Below are positions 25,413-32,000 of a stretch of DNA of 32,000 nt, piece by piece; positions within the stretch are counted from its first letter, which is position 1, and the number at the start of each line of letters is the position of its first letter. Both the position numbers and the translations under genes were made by a program. The notes beneath the pieces were generated by a model, which saw nothing but the letters and a program-made list of their open reading frames with translations, made no database searches and was not told the DNA's origin. Where the stretch lies: positions 1,380,001 through 1,412,000 of the forward strand of contig FP565575.1 in assembly GCA_000091165.1 (NCBI GenBank). Reading direction: 5' to 3'. This stretch comes from Candidatus Methylomirabilis oxygeniifera. Lineage in GTDB: Bacteria; Methylomirabilota; Methylomirabilia; Methylomirabilales; Methylomirabilaceae.

Positions 25413-25439
25413 AAGGAGAAAGTCGCCCGAACGGGCCAC
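25413..25439 (-). terminator. Weak candidate intrinsic terminator after clpC
   Basis: The minus-strand RNA reads GUGGCCC-GUUC-GGGCGAC, i.e. 4 GC pairs plus 2 further pairs after a mismatch, followed by UUUCUCCUU. The stem is short. Confidence 0.3.
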
Positions 25440-25473
25440 AGCGAAAGAGATACAGGCTTGGAGTGAAGTGCGG

Positions 25474-27906
25474 CTATTTAGGAGCTTCGAGAAGGCTGAC
25501 CTCTTCAAATGCTAAGGCGTCTCCCTCCAGCTTTACTCTCAGAGTGCCCCCTTCTGCAAACCGCCCCTTCAACACCTCTTCGGCTAATCGGTCCTCCACA
25601 TAGCGCTGGATGGCACGGCGCAGCGGCCTGGCGCCAAGAGTCGGGTCAAACCCTCTATTGATCAGAAACTCTTTCGCGCTCTCATCGACCGCGAGTGAGA
25701 TCTTACGCTCAGCGAGCTGAAGCTGCAAACGGGCGAGCAGAAGATCCACGATCTTACAGAGCTCATTTTTACTCAACTGGTGGAAGACGATCACCTCATC
25801 GAGCCGGTTGAGCAGTTCGGGGTTAAAGACCCGTTTCAGTTCGCCCAGGACGGTGTCTCTCATCTTATCGTACGTAACCGCCTCGTCACCGCCCTTGGCG
25901 AAGCCCATGGCGGTGTGGAGACCGATCTGACGGGCGCCGATATTGCTCGTCATGATGAGGATGGTATTCTTAAAGTCAACAATACGACCATAACTGTCGG
26001 TCAGGCGACCATCCTCGAAGATCTGGAGGAGCAGATTGAATACCTCCGGGTGGGCTTTTTCGATCTCATCCAGAAGGATGACCGAAAAGGGCCGGCGCCG
26101 GACCTTCTCAGTGAGCTGACCCGAATCGTCGTATCCGATATATCCAGGTGGCGCGCCGATAAGCCGTGAGGTAGAAAAGCGCTCCATATACTCCGACATG
26201 TCAACACGGATCAGCGCGTCCTCCGTTCCGAACAGAAATTCCGCCAGCGCCTTGGCCAGCTCAGTCTTCCCGACGCCGGTCGGCCCCAGAAAGATGAACG
26301 ACCCGACGGGACGACTCGGGCTCTTGATCCCGGCCCGCGAACGGCGAATCGCGCGACTGACGCTCTCGATAGCCTCGATCTGCCCTACCACCCGTTTGGT
26401 CAGATCCTGCTCCATCCGCATCAGCTTGGCCGATTCCTCCTCCTCGATCTGGTACAGCGGAATGCCGGTCCACTTGGAGACGATGTAGGCCACCTCCTCG
26501 GCCGTCACCATGGTTTTTTCCTTCGCCCTGGACTCCTTCCAGTGGGCCTTCTTCTCTTCCAATTCAGTCCGAAGCTTACGCTCCGAGTCGCGGAGCCTGG
26601 CCGCGACCTCAAAGGCCTGAGTCCGGATTGCATCTTCCTTCTGGGCCCGGAGACGCTCAACCTCGTTCTCCATCTCGCGGAGATCCTGCGGCAGCATCAG
26701 GGTTTTCAACCGCGCCCGCGAGCCGGCCTCGTCGATCACATCAATGGCCTTATCTGGAAGAAAGCGGTCGGCGATGTAGCGCTGCGACAGGCGCGCAGCA
26801 GCCGTCACCGCCTCGTCGGTAATGATCGCGCAGTGATGCGCCTCATAACGATCCTTGATCTCCCGGAGGATCCGAATCGTCTCCTCCACGCTCGGCGGCC
26901 CGACCTGGACCGCCTGGAACCGTCGCTCCAACGCCCGGTCCTTTTCAATGTGGCGGCGATACTCGTCGAGGGTGGTTGCGCCGATGCACTGCAGCTCCCC
27001 TCGCGCGAGCGCCGGCTTCAACATGCTGGACGCATCGATCGCGCCCTCTGCGGCGCCGGCACCCACTAACGTATGCAACTCATCGATGAACAGGATGATA
27101 CTCTGCGACTGCTGAATCTCCTTGACGACGGCCTTGAGCCGCTCCTCGAACTGACCGCGATACTTGGTTCCGGCCACCATGCCGGCGAGGTCAAGCTGGA
27201 CGACCCGCTTCCGCAGCAGGGTCTCCGGCACATTGCTGGCCACGATCCGTTGGGCAAGCCCTTCCACAATGGCGGTCTTTCCGACGCCGGCCTCCCCGAT
27301 CAGGACCGGATTGTTCTTAGTCCGACGCGAGAGAATCTGGATGACCCGCTCAATCTCCGTCTCGCGGCCGATCACGGGATCCAGGCGGTCCTGGCGCGCC
27401 ATCGCGGTCAGGTCTACGCCGAACTCATCCAGCGCCGGCGTCCTGGTCGAGGTCGTGGGCTTGGAGGCCTGCTCGCCCAGCAACTCCTGGGCCTGCGCCT
27501 TGGCTGAGGCGACGCTGACGCCGAAGTCCCTCAGAACCAATGAGGCGATCCCCTCGCCCTCGCGGATCAGTCCGAGCAGCAGATGCTCGGTCCCAATATA
27601 GTTGTGTCCGAGCGATCTGGCTTCAGAGATGGCGTATTCCAGGACCTTCTTCGCCTGCGGCGTAAAAGGGATCTCTCCGGCGGGGCTGAACTCGGAGCCG
27701 ACCGAGACGATCTTCTCGATCTCTCCCTTGACTGCGGAGATATTCACGTTCAGCTTCTTGAGAATCGCAACCGCGAGTCCGTCGCCCTCGCGGATCAGTC
27801 CGAGCAGCAGATGCTCGGTCCCGACGAAGTTATGTCCAAGGCGGATCGCTTCTTCCCGGGCCAGGATAATGACCTTGCGGGCTCGCTCTGTAAATCGCTC
27901 GAACAT
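25474..27906 (-). CDS. clpC: ATP-dependent Clp protease ATP-binding subunit ClpC (class I AAA+, two Clp_N repeats, two NBDs)
   Basis: The homologous N-terminus [12 protein letters not shown] starts at ATG 27906; the track ORF starts at GTG 27930. Both Walker A motifs are present (GEAGVGKT and GPTGVGKT), with a coiled-coil linker region between the NBDs. Confidence 0.95.
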   Translation of the reverse strand: MFERFTERARKVIILAREEAIRLGHNFVGTEHLLLGLIREGDGLAVAILKKLNVNISAVKGEIEKIVSVGSEFSPAGEIPFTPQAKKVLEYAISEARSLGHNYIGTEHLLLGLIREGEGIASLVLRDFGVSVASAKAQAQELLGEQASKPTTSTRTPALDEFGVDLTAMARQDRLDPVIGRETEIERVIQILSRRTKNNPVLIGEAGVGKTAIVEGLAQRIVASNVPETLLRKRVVQLDLAGMVAGTKYRGQFEERLKAVVKEIQQSQSIILFIDELHTLVGAGAAEGAIDASSMLKPALARGELQCIGATTLDEYRRHIEKDRALERRFQAVQVGPPSVEETIRILREIKDRYEAHHCAIITDEAVTAAARLSQRYIADRFLPDKAIDVIDEAGSRARLKTLMLPQDLREMENEVERLRAQKEDAIRTQAFEVAARLRDSERKLRTELEEKKAHWKESRAKEKTMVTAEEVAYIVSKWTGIPLYQIEEEESAKLMRMEQDLTKRVVGQIEAIESVSRAIRRSRAGIKSPSRPVGSFIFLGPTGVGKTELAKALAEFLFGTEDALIRVDMSEYMERFSTSRLIGAPPGYIGYDDSGQLTEKVRRRPFSVILLDEIEKAHPEVFNLLLQIFEDGRLTDSYGRIVDFKNTILIMTSNIGARQIGLHTAMGFAKGGDEAVTYDKMRDTVLGELKRVFNPELLNRLDEVIVFHQLSKNELCKIVDLLLARLQLQLAERKISLAVDESAKEFLINRGFDPTLGARPLRRAIQRYVEDRLAEEVLKGRFAEGGTLRVKLEGDALAFEEVSLLEAPK

Positions 27907-27951
27907 CTCCTCACTCCCCTTCTTCAGCACCCTCGCGCTACTGACATGCTG

Positions 27952-27979
27952 AGTATAGCCGATCCCTCCAGAATTTCAA
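27952..27979 (-). promoter_or_regulatory. Candidate sigma70-type promoter for clpC
   Basis: On the minus strand: TTGAAA (27979-27974), a 16-nt spacer, then TATACT (27957-27952). The -35 element overlaps the lolD stop codon. The predicted leader is about 38 nt, with GGGGAG 7 nt before the ATG. Confidence 0.55.
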
Positions 27980-28656
27980 GACTTCTCTACGATGCGACCG
28001 TCTAATATTGTCACGATCCGATCCGATCGATGGGCCAACTTCTCGTTATGCGTAACCATCACAAAGGTGAGGCCGCGTTCTCGATTCAGCCGATGGAGCA
28101 ATTCAAAGGTCGCATCGCCTGTCTTGGTATCGAGATTTCCGGTCGGTTCGTCTGCAAGGATGACCTTAGGTGACGCGCCCAGGGCTCTCGCGATGGCGAC
28201 TCGCTGCTGTTCCCCTCCGGAGAGTTCAGAGGGGCGATGCGAGAGCCTGGGCTCAAGCCCTACCTCCCTCAGCAGGGATACGGCAATCTCCCGTGTCTGT
28301 AATCGATCCCGACGCGCCACCAGAAGCGGCATCATGACATTTTCCAGCGCGGTGAACTCCGGCAATAGATGGTGAAACTGGAAGATGAACCCGACAGTTC
28401 GGTTACGAAAGCCGGCCAGTTGTCCGTCGTCCATCCGGTCGAGGCTGACATTCTCATAGGAAATCCGACCTGCGGTGGGGCGATCCAGAGCGCCGAGCAG
28501 ATGCAGGAACGTGCTCTTTCCGGCTCCTGAAGGTCCCACGATCGCAATGAATTCCCCCTGGTCAATACTGAGATCAACGCCTTTCAGGACCTCGACTGCT
28601 CCGCCATCGATCTGGAACGACTTGTAGACGCCATCTGCCCTGATGAACTCATTCAT
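27976..28656 (-). CDS. lolD: Lipoprotein-releasing ABC transporter ATP-binding protein
   Basis: 226 aa with Walker A GPSGAGKST, signature LSGGEQQRVAIARAL and Walker B ILADEPTGNLD. It overlaps the upstream LolC/E-type permease gene by 8 nt. Confidence 0.88.
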   Translation of the reverse strand: MNEFIRADGVYKSFQIDGGAVEVLKGVDLSIDQGEFIAIVGPSGAGKSTFLHLLGALDRPTAGRISYENVSLDRMDDGQLAGFRNRTVGFIFQFHHLLPEFTALENVMMPLLVARRDRLQTREIAVSLLREVGLEPRLSHRPSELSGGEQQRVAIARALGASPKVILADEPTGNLDTKTGDATFELLHRLNRERGLTFVMVTHNEKLAHRSDRIVTILDGRIVEKS

Positions 28657-29899
28657 AACGGATCGCGACGACCGGGTCGAGCCTGGCCGCCCGCCAGGAA
28701 GGGTAGAGCGTCGCGAGGAAGCTCAAGACCAGCGTCGAGGAGGCGATCAAGGCCAAGTCGGTCCCTTTCATCAGGATCGGAACGGCATCCAGCAGATAGA
28801 CATCGCCCTGAAGTCTGACAATTTTGTAGGTCTCCTGCAGCTTACAGATCACCGCGCCTCCCACAGTTCCCAATAGGGTGCCGACCAGTCCAATGACCAC
28901 GCCTTCCACCATGAAGATCAACATGATGCTTCTTGAGCTGGCGCCGATCGACTTCAAGATGCCGATCTCCGCCCCCTTGTCCATCACCTTCATGATCAGG
29001 GTACTCACAATGTTGAAGGCGGCCACCAGCACGATCATCGTCAGGATGACAAACATGGCAAGCTTCTCCAGCTTCAGGGCGGCAAAAAGGTTGCGATGCA
29101 ACTGCATCCAGTCTCTTGCAACGTACGGGAATCCAAGGCGTCGCTGAATATCCGCTCCCACCTCTTTCGCCCTGTACAGATCGTCTACCTTCACCTCGAT
29201 CCCTGTCACGGATTGTCCCATCTGGAAGAGTTGCTGAGCCGCCGTAATGGTGATATAGGCCAGTGCGCTGTCATATTCATACATGCCCATTTCGAAAATT
29301 CCGGCGACGGTGAAACTTCGCATGCGCGGCGCGAGTCCGAACGGGGTCAGCACATTGCCGAAAGGGGAAATGACGTTCACCCGTCCGCCGAGACCGACTC
29401 CGAGATTGGTTGCCAGAGCGCGCCCAATGATGATCCCCTCGGGATCCAGACGCCATCCGCTTCCCTCGGCCGGTTCTTTCAGCCGCGTCGGATCGACCTC
29501 GGCGAAGCTCTCGGTCAGCGTCGTCACCTCCCGCGCGGAGTCGAGGTCGATACCTCGAAGGACCGCGCCTCCCGCCCCTCGACCCGTGCTCAGCATCACC
29601 TGGTGGTAGGTGAACGGCGAGACCGCCACGACACGCGGGACCTCGCGGACCCGCGCGGCCGTCTGAACCGGATCCTCGATCCCTCGATCCCCGGCACGTA
29701 CGATCCATAGGTGAGCATTCGTCCCGAGGATCTTACTCCGAAGGTCACGCTCAAATCCGCTCATCACCGCCAGAACGACAATGAGCGCCATCACGCCAAG
29801 CGCGACGCCGCCGATAGAGATCAGCGTGATCAGGGAGATAAACGCCTGCCCTCGTCTTGCCTTCAGATACCGAAGTCCTACAAACAGTTCAAACGGCAT
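28649..29899 (-). CDS. Lipoprotein-releasing ABC transporter permease (LolC/LolE family, single copy here)
   Basis: 416 aa with MPFELFVGLRYLKARR, a MacB-like periplasmic domain between TM1 and TM2, and a C-terminal FtsX domain ending ...AARLDPVVAIRYE. Confidence 0.88.
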   Translation of the reverse strand: MPFELFVGLRYLKARRGQAFISLITLISIGGVALGVMALIVVLAVMSGFERDLRSKILGTNAHLWIVRAGDRGIEDPVQTAARVREVPRVVAVSPFTYHQVMLSTGRGAGGAVLRGIDLDSAREVTTLTESFAEVDPTRLKEPAEGSGWRLDPEGIIIGRALATNLGVGLGGRVNVISPFGNVLTPFGLAPRMRSFTVAGIFEMGMYEYDSALAYITITAAQQLFQMGQSVTGIEVKVDDLYRAKEVGADIQRRLGFPYVARDWMQLHRNLFAALKLEKLAMFVILTMIVLVAAFNIVSTLIMKVMDKGAEIGILKSIGASSRSIMLIFMVEGVVIGLVGTLLGTVGGAVICKLQETYKIVRLQGDVYLLDAVPILMKGTDLALIASSTLVLSFLATLYPSWRAARLDPVVAIRYE

Positions 29900-31391
29900 C
29901 GATACCGCCCTGTTCGCCTTGGGCGGGCTTCAGGAGAGGAAAAAGAATAACATCGCGAATCGATGGGGAGTCGGTCAGGAGCATCGCCAGCCGGTCAATG
30001 CCGATCCCTTCACCGGCCGTCGGAGGCATTCCGTATTCCAACGCCCGCAGAAAATCCTCATCCAGGCCATGGGCCTCCAGATCGCCTTGATCCCGCTGCC
30101 GCAACTGGTCAAGAAACCGAATGCGCTGCTCGCGTGGATCGTTCAGCTCGGAGTAGGCGTTGGCGATCTCCATCCCGCCGATGAACAGCTCAAACCGCTG
30201 AACGGTCGTCGGCTCACCTTGTGTCGCTTTGGCCAACGGGGAAAGCTCAGTGGGAAAATCGATAATGAACGTGGGCTGAATAAGTTTCGACTCCACCAGG
30301 GTATCGAACAGCTCGGCCATCACCTTTCCCTTCCCCCAACCAGGCAGGATCGTGATCCCATGGTGTCCGGCCGTCGCGCGCACACCCTCTTCCGTCGTAA
30401 GGGCCTCCGCCTCCAGTCCGCCCACCTTGACGAGGGCCTCCTCCAGCGTGAGTTTCGGCCATGGTGGCGCGAAGGAGATCTGCTGTCCCTGATAGGTCAC
30501 CTGCTGATCGCCCGTGATCCCCTTCGCCAGGTGAGCCAGCATCTCTTCCGTCATCGCCATCAGATCCTCGTAATCGGCATACGCCTGATAAAACTCCAGC
30601 ATCGTGAACTCGGGGTTGTGTTGGGTAGAGATACCCTCATTCCGGAAGTTTCGGTTGATCTCGAAAACCCGGTCGAACCCTCCCACCACCAGCCGCTTCA
30701 GATAGAGTTCCGGGGCAATCCTCAGATACAGCTTAATGTCGAGGGCATTGTGATGCGTCACAAAGGGGCGCGCCATGGCGCCTCCGGCCATCGACTGCAT
30801 CATGGGGGTTTCGACTTCCAGGAACTCCCTCGACTCAAAGAAGCGGCGGATCTCCGCGATGAGACGGCTGCGCTTCCTGAAGGCATCGGCAACCTGGCGA
30901 TTCACAATGAGATCCAGGTAGCGCTGGCGGAAACGGGTCTCCACGTCGGTCAGCCCATGCCACTTCTCCGGCAGCGGCCGCAGCGACTTCGACAGGAGCC
31001 GAACCGTCCCGACGCGTACCGTCAGCTCCCCCGTCCGCGTCCGGAAGAGTTGACCTTCCACCCCCAGATGATCGCCGACATCCAGCCTCTTACAGAGGTC
31101 GTAGAGTTGCGCGCCCAGTACATCCCGGGAGAGGTAAATCTGCATCCTTCCGGAACCGTCCTGGAGATGAGCAAAGGTAACCTTGCCGTGATGGCGCAGG
31201 GACATCAGACGACCGGCAATGGCCACCTCTGGCGCTGCATCGGTCTCTTCAGGGAGGACGGCGTACTCCCGGTGAAGGTCGGCTGCGAGGTTCCGAATCT
31301 CGAAGCGGGCCGGATAGGGATCTACACCTGCCGCCTCAAGTTCCGCCAACTTCCGTATCCGCTCGCTCACCAACGGATTGTGCTCTTCCAC
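29889..31391 (-). CDS. lysS: Lysine--tRNA ligase (class II)
   Basis: OB-fold N-domain plus class II motifs (FLEVETPMM, NPEFTMLEFY, GGEGIGIDRL-type GEGIGIDRLAML). The track start is TTG 31409. GTG 31391 is preferred because GGAGG (31400-31396) lies 4 nt upstream of it. Confidence 0.95.
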   Translation of the reverse strand: MEEHNPLVSERIRKLAELEAAGVDPYPARFEIRNLAADLHREYAVLPEETDAAPEVAIAGRLMSLRHHGKVTFAHLQDGSGRMQIYLSRDVLGAQLYDLCKRLDVGDHLGVEGQLFRTRTGELTVRVGTVRLLSKSLRPLPEKWHGLTDVETRFRQRYLDLIVNRQVADAFRKRSRLIAEIRRFFESREFLEVETPMMQSMAGGAMARPFVTHHNALDIKLYLRIAPELYLKRLVVGGFDRVFEINRNFRNEGISTQHNPEFTMLEFYQAYADYEDLMAMTEEMLAHLAKGITGDQQVTYQGQQISFAPPWPKLTLEEALVKVGGLEAEALTTEEGVRATAGHHGITILPGWGKGKVMAELFDTLVESKLIQPTFIIDFPTELSPLAKATQGEPTTVQRFELFIGGMEIANAYSELNDPREQRIRFLDQLRQRDQGDLEAHGLDEDFLRALEYGMPPTAGEGIGIDRLAMLLTDSPSIRDVILFPLLKPAQGEQGGIDAV

Positions 31392-31418
31392 AATGCCTCC
31401 AATCGTCAAGTTCGTTCG

Positions 31419-31447
31419 ATTATAGGAACCACCCCGGCAACTGTCAA
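31419..31447 (-). promoter_or_regulatory. Consensus sigma70 promoter upstream of lysS (likely drives lysS-lolC/E-lolD)
   Basis: On the minus strand: TTGACA (31447-31442), an exactly 17-nt spacer, then TATAAT (31424-31419). Both hexamers match the consensus perfectly. Confidence 0.75.
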
Positions 31448-31499
31448 GGAAGCCCCTGGTGAAATCCTGACATTCGGAGTTCCTTGAGTGGTATGGGAG

Positions 31500-31997
31500 T
31501 TACGTGACTAGAGTGTACCTCCGGCGTGACGCGTAAACGGCAAAGTTCACGATGAGTAGGCCGCTACATGCGGCCTTCACGGCGAATGCGGTGCGGTCGC
31601 AGAAGGAGTAGCGGGTGTGATCGGTGAGCGAGGGGTATGTGTCGTCTATGTAGAGATCCCACGCTTCACCTGTCTCACCGGCAATACACGCGGCGTACGG
31701 GTTGTCGTCGCGCTCCCACCAGTCCAGATAGTCGGCAGCGAGCGCATGCTCGGCTGCGGTGACGGCTTGATCGGGCGTGAGGCCTGCGGCGGCGGCAGAA
31801 GCGAGGTCAGGATTGAGCCACCCCTCACCGAGCCAATGTGGAAGGTCGCTGTCGGCACGGAAGCCTAGCGTATACCATTGCGCGGCGATGGCGGTGATGG
31901 CGGCCTGGTCGCGGTAGAGGTCGGTGTAGTGGGGAATCAGATCGGCGATCTCCGAGATTGCTTTCGCGGTAGCACGGGTATCAGGCTGCAGGCTCAT
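31500..31997 (-). CDS. Hypothetical protein, no family recognised; may be 5'-incomplete because the frame stays open to the window edge
   Basis: At least 165 aa, acidic and Trp-rich (WYTLGF..., HWLGEGWL, DYLDWWERDD), with a hydrophobic C-terminal segment followed by RRR (GLLIVNFAVYASRRRY). Coding is inferred only from ORF length and codon bias similar to the neighbouring genes. Confidence 0.5.
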   Translation of the reverse strand: MSLQPDTRATAKAISEIADLIPHYTDLYRDQAAITAIAAQWYTLGFRADSDLPHWLGEGWLNPDLASAAAAGLTPDQAVTAAEHALAADYLDWWERDDNPYAACIAGETGEAWDLYIDDTYPSLTDHTRYSFCDRTAFAVKAACSGLLIVNFAVYASRRRYTLVT

Positions 31998-32000
31998 CGA

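Noticed and set aside
29781-31487. 568-aa plus-strand ORF, the longest 'novel' ORF in the track
   Set aside because: It lies exactly antisense to lysS, whose translation carries unmistakable class II LysRS motifs. The antisense product is Arg/Pro/Gly/Leu-rich low-complexity sequence, typical of shadow ORFs in GC-rich DNA.

Overview
GC-rich (roughly 60% by eye) chromosomal segment from a diderm (Gram-negative-type) bacterium. The lineage cannot be determined from this window alone. Almost all of it is tightly packed housekeeping genes. The plus strand from 1 to 8.3 kb carries purH (3' part), purD and purE, then a four-gene envelope glycolipid-modification module, then selD. The module is a GT39/ArnT-like glycosyltransferase (split by a frameshift), a GT2 polyprenyl-phosphate glycosyltransferase, a flippase-like UPF0104 membrane protein and a PAP2 phosphatase. 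The ORF track truncates selD because the gene contains an in-frame TGA at the catalytic Cys/Sec position. The minus strand from 8.4 to 25.3 kb is a long co-directional outer-membrane/lipid A supercluster: bamA-skp-lpxD-fabZ-lpxA-lpxI-(Gfo/Idh/MocA oxidoreductase)-lpxB-(DUF374/LpxJ-like)-waaA-lpxK-(lpxL-like)-(waaF::gmhB fusion)-waaC. It is followed by a lone MEMO1-family gene and a YVTN-repeat protein with an IPTL-CTERM-like tail. Upstream on the same strand lie clpC, lysS-lolC/E-lolD and a possibly 5'-incomplete orphan ORF at the window edge. I found no rRNA, tRNA, CRISPR array, transposase, integrase or recognisable defence system. The features that ordinary gene annotation does not explain are: (1) the selenocysteine recoding in selD; (2) the frameshift in the ArnT-like gene at a C5 run; (3) short-period (7 and 9 bp) tandem repeats and shared 9-10 nt words confined to intercistronic junctions. 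One of these is a (GGGTGTC)6 array forming the last 14 codons of the lpxL-like gene. Its copy number sets the reading-frame relationship between that gene and waaF::gmhB.
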